Source of the DNA: Acetobacteraceae bacterium
GTDB taxonomy: Bacteria; Pseudomonadota; Alphaproteobacteria; Acetobacterales; Acetobacteraceae
Assembly (NCBI GenBank): GCA_024280945.1
Contig: JAMXLO010000046.1
Location: forward strand, 57,412-89,411
Direction: 5' to 3'
DNA: 32,000 nucleotides
Shown here: positions 1 to 10,171 of the stretch, in pieces
Layout: every line of letters begins with the position of its first letter
Numbering within the stretch: position 1 is the first letter of the stretch
Notes under the pieces: model-generated
The model's database searches: none
Told to the model about the DNA's origin: nothing
The model's input: the letters and a program-made list of their open reading frames with translations, nothing else
Translations under genes and position numbers: made by a program

Positions 1-31
1 GTATTTCTCACCACCCTACTGATGGCTGCCG

Positions 32-685
32 TCAGGGCAGGCGATCCAGTGCGAACCGGAGATAGCGCTGTGCACTGCCTTCGAACGCGCTGCGCAGGCG
101 CGGAGAATGGAAGATATGCTCGCGTCGTTGAAGTGCGCCATAGAACTGCTTCGAACGCTGTTGCCACGCCGCAGCCGACAGGTTGCGGTGTTCGGCACGC
201 AACCGCGATCCGTTGGCCTGCACACGGTGCGGAGACAAGCCGATCGGGCTGAGGTCGAGATCGAGCACCCATTTTACCCAGGGCTCGCAAGTGGCCCCCG
301 CATGCGGGTCGGTATGATGGCCGGTCGCCTCTATCGCCGTGGCGACCTGCCGGACCAATCCGCGCGGCAGCCTGCGCCGCTGGCCGGCAAGCTGTCGCCA
401 CAAGGCGGCTGACGCGGCCTCATTATCAGACCGTTCTGTCCGATAGACCACATCGTGCAGGGCGATGGTGCTGGCAATCAGGCGTTCGATGCGCTGGGTC
501 CGCAGAGTGCCACGCGCCATTGTCCGGTGTTGGCGCCACATCTCCGCGAGGTGCCCAAGATTGTGATAGTGCCGACCTGGCTGGCGCATCCTGCGCCTGA
601 TTGTTCCCAGCACGCCTGCTGGCAATGGAACGTGCTGAAAAAGGTCAGCCAAAGCACGGTGGCAACGGGCATTCATGAACGTCAT
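32..685 (-). CDS. HD-superfamily metal-dependent phosphohydrolase (small COG4339-like family)
   Basis: ORF 32..703(-). Motifs RHYHNLGHLAEMW and IALHDVVY..RSDNEAAS fit the H...HD metal site of the small HD hydrolases. The ATG at 685 has AAGGA 4 nt upstream; the track start at 703 is TTG. Confidence 0.7.
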   Translation of the reverse strand: MTFMNARCHRALADLFQHVPLPAGVLGTIRRRMRQPGRHYHNLGHLAEMWRQHRTMARGTLRTQRIERLIASTIALHDVVYRTERSDNEAASAALWRQLAGQRRRLPRGLVRQVATAIEATGHHTDPHAGATCEPWVKWVLDLDLSPIGLSPHRVQANGSRLRAEHRNLSAAAWQQRSKQFYGALQRREHIFHSPRLRSAFEGSAQRYLRFALDRLP

Positions 686-790
686 GCTATCCTTGGCAAA
701 CAACCGACGCTAGTTACCTATTCGGCGAGAAATGTGCCGATCCTGTGGCGCACTCGGTGCGCCGCAGGTCCACAACTGACCGGCTTGTGG

Positions 791-828
791 ACAAAATAAA
801 CCCGGCTCGCGGCGAACCGCGAGCCGGG
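791..828 (-). terminator. Rho-independent terminator of the repeat-protein gene
   Basis: Perfect 12-bp stem cccggctcgcgg/ccgcgagccggg with a cgaa loop (801..828). On the minus strand it is followed by TTTATTTTGT (791..800). It starts about 20 nt after the TAA at 848..850. Confidence 0.65.
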
Positions 829-847
829 ACATTAGCGAGGCGGACGG

Positions 848-1177
848 TTACCTGACGCAGGGTTTCGCGGCTGTCGACAGCTGCGATCCGACACCACCAG
901 CTTCCGCTTCCGCCTTGCGGGTCCGAAGGTTTTCCGAACCGACCCCACCGCCCTCAGCCTCCGCCTTGCGGGTGCGAAGGGTCTCCGAGCCGACCCCTCC
1001 GCCCTCAGCCTCCGCCTTGCGGGTGCGCAGGGTCTCCGAGCCGACCCCACCCCCTTCAGCCTCGGCGCGGTGCATGCCGGGTGGGCAACCGGTTGTATCC
1101 GGCGCGGCGTATACTGGCACGGCCCCGATCGGGCCGAGCAACAGGGCCGCCAACGCCATCATCGATGATGTACGCAT
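848..1177 (-). CDS. Small secreted protein made of 17-aa tandem repeats (unknown family)
   Basis: Inner ATG at 1177 of ORF 848..1285, with AAGGGAG 6 nt upstream. The N-terminus MRTSSMMALAALLLGPIGAVPVYA looks like a Sec signal peptide. Three copies of AEAEGGGVGSE(T/N)LRTRK follow, plus a degenerate fourth. The gene has its own terminator. Confidence 0.65.
   Translation of the reverse strand: MRTSSMMALAALLLGPIGAVPVYAAPDTTGCPPGMHRAEAEGGGVGSETLRTRKAEAEGGGVGSETLRTRKAEAEGGGVGSENLRTRKAEAEAGGVGSQLSTAAKPCVR
886..1062. repeat. 51-bp tandem repeat, three full units plus one degenerate partial unit
   Basis: Units at 910..960, 961..1011 and 1012..1062 each start ccgccttgcgggt and differ at only a few positions. 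886..909 is a diverged partial copy. The period is a multiple of 3 and lies inside the CDS above. Confidence 0.9.
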
Positions 1178-1351
1178 GAGGAACTCCCTTGCATGGTCGT
1201 CTGTGTCAAATCGTCGAGCGAGCTCGCGATTCCCGGCAGCACTCCCAGCTGCTGCCATCCCTGATTGGGACTGTTGGGCGGACAATAGATTTCAGGCGAC
1301 AGGAACGATCTGAACCATTTCACACCACTGCGCGGTGCCGGCCGCCAGTAA

Positions 1352-2704
<1,353 letters not shown>

Positions 2705-2707
2705 GCC

Positions 2708-3721
2708 ATGGCGCGCAAGACCATGATCGAGGCGATCCGAGATGCAATGGACGTGATGATGGGACGCGACGACGACGTTGTCGTGTTCGGCGAGGACGTT
2801 GGCTTCTTCGGCGGCGTCTTCCGCGCCACACAGGGCCTTCAGGCAAAGTACGGCACGCGCCGCTGCTTCGATACGCCGATCAGCGAACTTGGCATCGTCG
2901 GTGTTGCGGTGGGCATGGCGGCGTACGGGCTGCGGCCCTGTGTCGAGATCCAGTTCGCCGACTACATGTATCCGGCCTATGACCAGATCGTCTCCGAGGC
3001 GGCACGGCTCCGGTACCGATCGAACGGGCAGTTCACCTGCCCGCTTGTCGTGCGTATGCCGACCGGCGGTGGCATCTTCGGCGGGCAGACGCACAGCCAA
3101 AGCCCCGAGGCGCTGTTCACTCACGTGTGCGGGCTCAAGACGGTGGTCCCCTCCAATCCAGCCGATGCCAAGGGGCTGCTGATCGCGGCAATCGAAGATC
3201 CCGACCCGGTAATCTTCCTGGAGCCGAAACGGCTGTACAATGGGCCGTTCGACGGGCACCACGACCGGCCTGTGACGCCCTGGTCCAACCACGAACTGGG
3301 TGAGGTTCCCGAGGGCCACTACGTGGTGCCGCTAGGAACGAGTGCCATCCGGCGCGAAGGCTCTGCGCTGACAATCCTGGCCTACGGGAGCATGGTGCAC
3401 GTCGCCATGACGGCCGCCGCTGAGACGGGTGTCGATGCCGAGATCATCGACCTTCGAACCTTGCTGCCGCTCGATTTGCATGCAATTCAGGCGTCGGTGC
3501 GCAAGACCGGTCGCTGCGTGATTGTGCACGAGGCCACCTTGACATCCGGTTTCGGCGCGGAGCTGTCGGCGCTGGTGCAGGAGACATGCTTCTACCATCT
3601 CGAAGCGCCGGTGGTGCGCGTCGCAGGCTGGGATACGCCGTATCCGCATGCGCAGGAATGGGATTATTTCCCCGGTCCCGGCCGTGTGGGTCGCGCTCTG
3701 CTCGAGACCATGGCGGCGTAA
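2708..3721 (+). CDS. bkdA2: Branched-chain 2-oxoacid dehydrogenase E1 beta subunit
   Basis: 337 aa, starting 3 nt after the E1 alpha stop. Typical transketolase-like E1 beta sequence (FGEDVG..GGVFR.T.GL, EIQFADY). Confidence 0.92.
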   Translation: MARKTMIEAIRDAMDVMMGRDDDVVVFGEDVGFFGGVFRATQGLQAKYGTRRCFDTPISELGIVGVAVGMAAYGLRPCVEIQFADYMYPAYDQIVSEAARLRYRSNGQFTCPLVVRMPTGGGIFGGQTHSQSPEALFTHVCGLKTVVPSNPADAKGLLIAAIEDPDPVIFLEPKRLYNGPFDGHHDRPVTPWSNHELGEVPEGHYVVPLGTSAIRREGSALTILAYGSMVHVAMTAAAETGVDAEIIDLRTLLPLDLHAIQASVRKTGRCVIVHEATLTSGFGAELSALVQETCFYHLEAPVVRVAGWDTPYPHAQEWDYFPGPGRVGRALLETMAA

Positions 3722-3722
3722 G

Positions 3723-5030
3723 ATGGCGGAGCACGTAATCAGGCTGCCGGACGTCGGCGAAGGAATCGCGGAAGCCGAACTCGTCGAGTGGCAGGTCAAG
3801 GTCGGCGACCTCGTGCGTGCTGATACGACCCTTGCCGCGGTCATGACCGACAAGGCGACAGTCGAAATCCCCTCGCCGATGGATGGCGAGATCATTTGGC
3901 TAGGGGCCGAGATTGGCGACAAGGTCGCGGTCGGGTCCGATCTGGTTCGCCTAAAGGTTGCCGGCGAAAAAGATTCGGCGAGCACAGCACAGCCGCAAGC
4001 TCGCGCCGCGCTCGCCGATGCGCCGCGAGCGGCGCCAGCAACAAAGACACACCCAACGACCGACGCCGAGCAACGCAGCGCACGCCCTGTCATATCTCCG
4101 AGGCAAGCTCCGCGTACGGCACCTTCTGCCACGCCGCGGTCAGGAGCGTTTGCCGGCGCGGTCAGGCCGGTGGCGTCGCCGGCAGTGCGTCTGCGCGCGC
4201 GCGAGGCCGGTTTCGATCTGCGTCAGATACCAGGGACCGGACCAGCCGGCCGTATCACGCATGAAGACCTCGACGCTTTCGCCGCCCGCGATCCTCGTGT
4301 CGCGCGGTCGCAGACGCTGCAGCCCAAGAGCGCGGTCGAAGATGTCAAGGTGATCGGGCTGCGGCGCAGGATCGCCGAGCAGATGGCGACGGCCCACGCG
4401 CGCATTCCGCATATCACCTACGTCGAAGAGGTCGATGTCACGGCACTGGAGGATCTGCGTGAGTCGCTGAATCGGCGAAAGCGCAAGGAACAACCGAGGC
4501 TGACGCTGCTGCCGTTCCTTATGCGCGCCATGGTCTCGGCGGTGGCGAAGCAGCCACGGCTGAATGCGCTGTACGACGACGAGGCGGGGGTGATACACCA
4601 GCATGCAGGTGTCCACATCGGCGTTGCGACGCAGACGCCGACTGGGCTGCTGGTGCCGGTGGTACGCCATGTCGAAGCGCTCAACCTTTGGGATTGCGCC
4701 GCCGAGATCGCCCGGCTTGCGGAGACCGCACGCACCGGTTCCGCGACGCGCGAGGACCTGTCCGGGTCGACTATCACGCTCACCTCGTTGGGTGCCATGG
4801 GCGGCGTGGTCTCGACGCCGATCATCAATCATCCCGAGGTAGCAATCGTGGGGGTGAACAAGATCATGATGCGTCCGGTGTGGAACGGCTCAGGCTTCGT
4901 CCCGCGCAAGATGATGAACCTCTCATCGAGCTTCGACCATCGCGTCATCGACGGTTGGGACGCGGCGACCTTCGTGCAGGACATCAAGGCGCTGCTGGAG
5001 ACGCCCGCTCTGATCTTTGCAAGCGATTGA
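3723..5030 (+). CDS. bkdB: Lipoamide acyltransferase E2 of the branched-chain 2-oxoacid dehydrogenase complex
   Basis: The ATG at 3723 is 1 nt after the E1 beta TAA. Lipoyl domain with VMTDKATVEIPSP, an Ala/Pro-rich linker, an E3-binding segment (SPAVRLRAREAGFDL) and a catalytic domain with DHRVIDG. Confidence 0.9.
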   Translation: MAEHVIRLPDVGEGIAEAELVEWQVKVGDLVRADTTLAAVMTDKATVEIPSPMDGEIIWLGAEIGDKVAVGSDLVRLKVAGEKDSASTAQPQARAALADAPRAAPATKTHPTTDAEQRSARPVISPRQAPRTAPSATPRSGAFAGAVRPVASPAVRLRAREAGFDLRQIPGTGPAGRITHEDLDAFAARDPRVARSQTLQPKSAVEDVKVIGLRRRIAEQMATAHARIPHITYVEEVDVTALEDLRESLNRRKRKEQPRLTLLPFLMRAMVSAVAKQPRLNALYDDEAGVIHQHAGVHIGVATQTPTGLLVPVVRHVEALNLWDCAAEIARLAETARTGSATREDLSGSTITLTSLGAMGGVVSTPIINHPEVAIVGVNKIMMRPVWNGSGFVPRKMMNLSSSFDHRVIDGWDAATFVQDIKALLETPALIFASD

Positions 5031-5034
5031 CGCT

Positions 5035-6432
5035 ATGCGGGAGATATCATGCAAACTCCTGGTGATCGGCGCAGGGCCCGGCGGCTATGTCTGTGCGATC
5101 AGGGCCGGACAACTCGGCATCGACACCGTGGTGGTCGAAGCAAACAAACTTGGTGGTACCTGTCTCAACATCGGCTGCATACCATCCAAGGCGCTGATCC
5201 ACGCTGCCGACGAGTTTGAACGCGTCACGCATTTCGCGTCAGGCAAAAGTCCGCTCGGCATTTCACTCGGCACACCGCAATTCGATCTTGCGCGGACGAT
5301 GCAGTGGAAGGACGGGATCGTCGGTCGCCTGAGTGGTGGCGTTTCTGGCCTGCTGAAGAAGGCCAGCGTCAAGATCGTTGAAGGTTGGGCACGCTTCCTC
5401 GATGGCAAGACGGTCGAGGTCGAAACCGAAATAGGCCGACAGATCGTCCGCTCCGAACACGTGGTGATCGCCACCGGGTCACATGCCGTCGAACTGCCGG
5501 GGTTGCCGTTCGGTGGTCCGGTGATCTCCTCGACCGAGGCGCTGTCGCTGAAGGCGGTGCCGCACAATCTCGTCGTGGTCGGCGCCGGCTACATCGGGCT
5601 GGAACTGGGAACCGCGTTTGCCAAGCTGGGTGCCGCGGTGACCGTGATCGAGGCGCTGCCGCGCATCCTGCCGCAATACGACGCGGAGCTGACGCGTCCC
5701 GTTAGCGAGCGTCTGCACGAGCTTGGCATCACCGTGCTGACCGGTGCCAGAGCGAAGGAGCTTACTCAGGCGAAGGATGGGCTGATCGTCGAACAATCTG
5801 ACGGTTCATTAATGACGATCGAGACCGACAGGATCCTCGTTGCGATCGGCCACAAGCCTGCGACAGAAGGCTGGGGCCTGGAAGAGATCGACCTCGACAT
5901 GGATGGGCCGTTCATCGACATCGATGACCGATGCCGTACCTCGATGCGCGGTGTCTACGCGATCGGCGATGTGACCGGCGAACCGATGTTGGCACACCGG
6001 GCGTCGGCGCAGGGTGAGATGGTGGCCGACATCGTCGCTGGGAAGCGGCGTGCCTGGGACCGGGCATGCATCCCCGCGATATGCTTCACCGACCCGGAGG
6101 TCGTCATCGCCGGGCTGACGCCCGAGGATGCCAAGGCCGCCAACATCGAGATCGTCACCGACGCATTCCCGTTACGGGCGAACGGCCGCGCAATGACGCT
6201 CGCATCCGACTCAGGTTTCGTGCGCATGGTGGCGCGGGCTGATAATCACCTTCTGCTGGGCATTCAGGGCGTCGGGGTGGGAATTTCCGAACTGTCGGCG
6301 GCATTCAGTCTTGCCATCGAGATGGGCGCGCGGCTCGAGGACGTTGCCGGCACGATATTCGCCCACCCGACACTGAGCGAGGGAATGTTGGATGCAGCGC
6401 TGAAGACGCTGGGTCAGCCCATCCACATCTGA
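5035..6432 (+). CDS. lpdA: Dihydrolipoyl dehydrogenase (E3, lpdA/lpdV type)
   Basis: VIGAGPGGY FAD fold, redox disulfide GGTCLNIGCIPSK, C-terminal FAHPTLSE. I prefer the ATG at 5035 over the track TTG at 5017, which overlaps bkdB. Confidence 0.9.
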   Translation: MREISCKLLVIGAGPGGYVCAIRAGQLGIDTVVVEANKLGGTCLNIGCIPSKALIHAADEFERVTHFASGKSPLGISLGTPQFDLARTMQWKDGIVGRLSGGVSGLLKKASVKIVEGWARFLDGKTVEVETEIGRQIVRSEHVVIATGSHAVELPGLPFGGPVISSTEALSLKAVPHNLVVVGAGYIGLELGTAFAKLGAAVTVIEALPRILPQYDAELTRPVSERLHELGITVLTGARAKELTQAKDGLIVEQSDGSLMTIETDRILVAIGHKPATEGWGLEEIDLDMDGPFIDIDDRCRTSMRGVYAIGDVTGEPMLAHRASAQGEMVADIVAGKRRAWDRACIPAICFTDPEVVIAGLTPEDAKAANIEIVTDAFPLRANGRAMTLASDSGFVRMVARADNHLLLGIQGVGVGISELSAAFSLAIEMGARLEDVAGTIFAHPTLSEGMLDAALKTLGQPIHI

Positions 6433-6709
6433 AGCCGTGGCTGAGAACCAGGAGCATGTGGATAAGCTGCTCGGCATCCGCGAGCCCGCAGTGCCTTTGC
6501 CTGTCCAGTCCGGAAGCCAGATTACCTGTTCGCATCCGGCGCTTCGGGGTTCTTTTCGAAGCCAATCAGAATGCTGATACATCAATCCCGTGCGACTGAG
6601 ATTGTTTTAGCACTCTGCTCGATCCACCAGCACTAACTTCATAGCGTTGAAGTGAGGCGATATCTGACAGCCCAAAACCCTCTCCAACGCGAAGCATCTG
6701 GAGCCAGCC

Positions 6710-8032
6710 ATGGATCGAAGCATCGAAAGATCAGCGTTGCGGAAGATCTACATTCGATTGCTGCCCTTTGCAGTACTGAGCTACTTCTTCGCCTACGTTG
6801 ACCGGATCAATGTCAGTTTCGCGGCGCTGACAATGCGGGGTGACCTCAACATGTCGGCCGCGGCATATGGCTTTGCCCTCGGAACATTCTACTGGTCCTA
6901 TTTCCTTTTCGAGGTGCCCAGCAACATCGCCATGGAGAAGGTCGGAGCGCGGCTATGGATCGCCCGCATCATGATAACGTGGGGATTGTTGGCCTGCGCT
7001 ACGGCTTACGTTACGGGTGCGACAAGTTTCGGCGTTATTCGCTTCCTGCTCGGGGCTGCCGAGGCCGGCTTCTTTCCTGGCCTCGTACTCTACTTCACCT
7101 ACTGGTTTCCATCATACCACCATGCCCGGATCGTCTCTGGCTTTCTGATCGGTCTGCCAATTGCCGTTGCAGCCGGCGCCCCGCTTTCCACAGCGTTGCT
7201 GGGGTTGGACGGTCTGCTCAACTTGAGGGGATGGCAGATCATGTATCTCGCCGAGGGGATCCCGACCGTATTGATCGGCATCCTCACCCTGTTCGTTCTG
7301 ACGGATAGGCCAGAACAAGCCAGGTTTCTCAGTCAGGAGGAGAAAGCCTGGCTCGGCCGGACGCTGGCAGCCGAGCAACAGGCCAAGGAGGAGGTTCGGA
7401 CCTTCACGATCTGGGAGAGCCTGATCGATCCGAAGGTACTCCTGCTATCGCTCAATTACCTTGGCATCGTCACTGCCAGCCTGGGTATGCTGTTCTTCAT
7501 CCCGCAGATCATCAAATCCATTGGCGTCACCAACAACATGGCGGTCGGCTGGTTGACAATGGTTCCTTACATCTGCGGCGGTATTGGCCTTCTCGTTTGG
7601 GGTGCCTTGTCGGACCGCATGAACGAGCGCCGGTGGAATTTGCTGGTGGCATGCATCGTTTCGACGATCGGTCTGATCGTCGCTGGCTTGACGATGGGCA
7701 CATGGTGGGCGCTTGTGGGTATGTCGATTGCTGCAGTTGGCTTTTACGGGTCCAAAGGTCCGTTCTGGGCGATGCCGCCGATGTTTCTCACAGGCACGGC
7801 GGCGGCGGCTGCGATTGCCTGGATCAATTCGATCGGCAACCTCGGAGGCTTCTTCGGCCCCTGGTACGTCGGTATCATGAAGGACGCGACAGGAAGCTTC
7901 TCGGGTGGTCTCTTCGGCCTGGCACTGCTTGGACTGATCGCTGCTCTGATCTGTGCTTTCGCCTTGCACATCCCGGGGGCCAGAGCTGTGCCCGACGAAT
8001 CAGCACGCGCCACCGGGTCAGCAGGAGATTAG
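6710..8032 (+). CDS. MFS transporter, anion:cation symporter (ACS, tartrate/phthalate-permease-like) family
   Basis: 440 aa, about 12 hydrophobic segments. The N-terminus RLLPF..L.YF.AYVDRINVSFA is typical of ACS-family MFS proteins. GGAG lies upstream of the ATG at 6710. Confidence 0.85.
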   Translation: MDRSIERSALRKIYIRLLPFAVLSYFFAYVDRINVSFAALTMRGDLNMSAAAYGFALGTFYWSYFLFEVPSNIAMEKVGARLWIARIMITWGLLACATAYVTGATSFGVIRFLLGAAEAGFFPGLVLYFTYWFPSYHHARIVSGFLIGLPIAVAAGAPLSTALLGLDGLLNLRGWQIMYLAEGIPTVLIGILTLFVLTDRPEQARFLSQEEKAWLGRTLAAEQQAKEEVRTFTIWESLIDPKVLLLSLNYLGIVTASLGMLFFIPQIIKSIGVTNNMAVGWLTMVPYICGGIGLLVWGALSDRMNERRWNLLVACIVSTIGLIVAGLTMGTWWALVGMSIAAVGFYGSKGPFWAMPPMFLTGTAAAAAIAWINSIGNLGGFFGPWYVGIMKDATGSFSGGLFGLALLGLIAALICAFALHIPGARAVPDESARATGSAGD

Positions 8033-8108
8033 CGGTCGAGGGCCAACCAGGGGGTGCGAGGGCGGTCACCACGACAGCGGCTGGCGTTGTTGCTTGGCGA
8101 CAAGGCGA

Positions 8109-8538
8109 ATGAAGATGCCCGGGGGGCGCGATACCGCCAGGGAGAGCACACGCACGGAACTGCACTCTGGTGCCGCAACTGGAGCGAGACTCGGTGCTAC
8201 GGTCGGAGGGGTTGTCGGGATACTGACCGGCCTCGGCATCATGGCGATTCCGGGCATCGGCCCACTCGTTGCCGCTGGCTGGCTCGCCACAACCCTGGCA
8301 GGAGCAGGCGCGGGAGCAGTCGCCGGCGGCTTTGCCGGTGCTCTGACAAGTGCCGGAGTAAGCTGGGAAGAAGCCGGGGTGTATGAGGGGGGTGCGTAGA
8401 GGGAAACCCTCGTCTCGGTTCGCGCCGACGAGAACAGGCATACCACGCGTGGAGGCCGTACTCGACCACCGGCCAACGAGGGAATGGCGCGCACGGCGGG
8501 ACGAGTACAGCGCAAGCGGTTGGCAGCCGACGAGGTGA
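8109..8538 (+). pseudogene. Glycine-zipper membrane stress protein (general-stress-protein-17M-like), apparently interrupted
   Basis: From the ATG at 8109, 96 codons encode GAATGARLGATVGGVVGILTGLGIMAIPGIGPLVAAGWLATTLAGAGAGAVAGGFAGALTSAGVS.EEAGVYEGG. They end at the TAG at 8397..8399, directly after a G6 run (8387..8392). Protein-like text continues downstream in two frames: TLVSVRADEN, and VRRG...VEAVLDHRPTREWRARRDEYSASGW ending at the TGA at 8536. Confidence 0.5.
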
Positions 8539-8678
8539 CGCTGCCAGCGAGGACAGCCAAGCTGTCCTCGCTTTGCCCACTTTCCTCGAACACATCGATG
8601 GCTCACAACTACGGGCGACGAGCTGGCGGGTCGGATCCGACCCGACCATGGCCGCGCTACTTGTGGAGCAAATGCGAC

Positions 8679-8930
8679 ATGCAGCTAATTTGGGCAATTG
8701 TGATCGGAGCCATTGGTGGGTTCGTTGCGCGCTGGATTTCACCTTCGCCAAACAACCCTCAAGGGTTCGTCCTGACGACCGTCTTGGGAATCGCAGGGAG
8801 CGTCGTGGCAACCTTTCTCGGCCGCGCAATCCACTGGTATGGCCCGGATCAAGGTGCGGGACTGATCGCCTCGATCATTGGCGCGGTCATTGTACTGGGC
8901 TGCTGGCACGCCCTCGCTCGCGGACGCTAA
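8679..8930 (+). CDS. GlsB/YeaQ/YmgE family stress-response membrane protein
   Basis: 83 aa from the inner ATG at 8679 (GTGGAG upstream): MQLIWAIVIGAIGGFVARWI...GFVLTTVLGIAGSVVATFLGR...GLIASIIGAVIVL. This is the characteristic three-helix glycine-rich pattern of the family. Confidence 0.8.
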   Translation: MQLIWAIVIGAIGGFVARWISPSPNNPQGFVLTTVLGIAGSVVATFLGRAIHWYGPDQGAGLIASIIGAVIVLGCWHALARGR

Positions 8931-8980
8931 GCGGTCGCCCCTCACCTACTCGTCCATCCAGGCTCACAAAGAAGGCGGGC

Positions 8981-9000
8981 TACGTCCAGTGCTGGACGTA
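8981..9000. terminator. Hairpin between convergent genes (weak terminator candidate)
   Basis: tacgtcca-gtgc-tggacgta, an 8-bp perfect stem, lies between the glsB-like and ompA-like stops. There is only a weak T-rich tract, and only on the minus strand. Confidence 0.3.
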
Positions 9001-9058
9001 ACCCGATGCAGTAAGCTTCGTAATTGCACGCTTCAGAGTTGGTTGATGCCGGCGATTT

Positions 9059-10171
9059 TCAACGGATGATGATCTCCACACGCCGATTTTGTGGCTCGCG
9101 CACGCCGGGACCGGTGGGGACTAGCAGGTGCGTGTCACCAAAACCCTGAATAGTGATCGCGTTCTGCGGCACGCCATTGGCGATCAACTCGGCCTGAACG
9201 GCTCTGGCGCGACGAATAGAGAGACCCTTGTTGTACTGTGGTGTGCCGGACGTGTCGGTGTAGCCGTTCACCTCAATCCGCGTGTACTGCACCCTCGTCG
9301 AGTTTTCGGCAGCTTCCCGGATGATCTGGCGCGCACGATCGGTCAAGGTCGCTTTATCCCAATCGAAGAACACCAAGTACGACCGTGCAGGAGCCTGGGC
9401 TGGAACGGGCGCCGGGGCCGGCGGCGGAGGTGGCGCAGGAGGCGCGAAATTATAGCGCAGCCCGAGCAGGATCGCGTGATTAAAGTCGTTGCCCAGTTTC
9501 ACCTTGGCGCCGAACGCGGTCGTGGGCGACGTTGATATCAGGGTATCGTAGCTGCGCGATCCCATGCCGAAGAAGCGATATTCGGCGGTGAAAGCCAGCC
9601 CGCGCACATAGGGGATGTTGAACGCGCCACCGACGATGGCTTGGTACGCAATCGCGCCTTCCGTGCCGCCCAGGGCGAAACGTGGGATCCCGGTCACGTT
9701 GTTGTAGAACCGGGTGCTGCTCTGCCGCGCCCAGCCGTAGCCAACGCCGACACCGGCGTAGGGTGCAAACCAGGGGACCGGGATCAGTGCCGAGAAGTCG
9801 TACAGGGCGTTGAACATTGCCGCATACTTGACCTCGTACCCCCCGGCGCCGCCTGGGAACCCCAGGCCACTCGCGTGGTTCCACTTGTTGCTGCGGTAAT
9901 CACCCTCGATCTCGAACCGCAGGCCATTGGGGAGTGCGTAGCCGACGCTACCCAAAGCGACGAAGCCGGTCTGCGCCACGAGATTCCCGTTCGCGGCGTT
10001 GCCGGTTGCGGGGTTGATCAGATGCTCGGGTTGAAGCCAGTTCGCCCCCGCGCCCGCTCCAATGTAAAGGCCACTGAGCGGAGGAGGTGGCGCAAGTTCA
10101 GGAAGTTGCGCCATCGCTACCGTCGGAGCCGAAAGCAAGAGTGTGCCTAGTAGTACGCTTCGTAACTGCAT
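9059..10171 (-). CDS. OmpA-family outer membrane protein (N-terminal beta-barrel, Pro-rich hinge, C-terminal OmpA peptidoglycan-binding domain)
   Basis: The inner ATG at 10171 has GGGAG upstream. Signal peptide MQLRSVLLGTLLLSAPTVAMA, aromatic-rich barrel region, hinge APPAPPPPPAPAPVPAQAPA, and an OmpA domain (YLVFFDWDKA...NGYTDTSGT..YN..LS.RRA..V...L...G......GFG...P......REPQNRRVEI). Confidence 0.88.
   Translation of the reverse strand: MQLRSVLLGTLLLSAPTVAMAQLPELAPPPPLSGLYIGAGAGANWLQPEHLINPATGNAANGNLVAQTGFVALGSVGYALPNGLRFEIEGDYRSNKWNHASGLGFPGGAGGYEVKYAAMFNALYDFSALIPVPWFAPYAGVGVGYGWARQSSTRFYNNVTGIPRFALGGTEGAIAYQAIVGGAFNIPYVRGLAFTAEYRFFGMGSRSYDTLISTSPTTAFGAKVKLGNDFNHAILLGLRYNFAPPAPPPPPAPAPVPAQAPARSYLVFFDWDKATLTDRARQIIREAAENSTRVQYTRIEVNGYTDTSGTPQYNKGLSIRRARAVQAELIANGVPQNAITIQGFGDTHLLVPTGPGVREPQNRRVEIIIR

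Noticed and set aside
886-1062. The possibility that the 51-bp repeats form a CRISPR-like array or a satellite.
   Set aside because: The units are contiguous with no spacers, have a period divisible by 3, and lie in frame inside a CDS that has an SD, a signal peptide and a terminator.
6710-8032. The impression that the MFS transporter gene is less GC-rich than its neighbours, and so might be an island.
   Set aside because: I cannot compute composition reliably by eye. Membrane proteins are often less GC-rich, and no flanking repeats, tRNA or integrase support an island.
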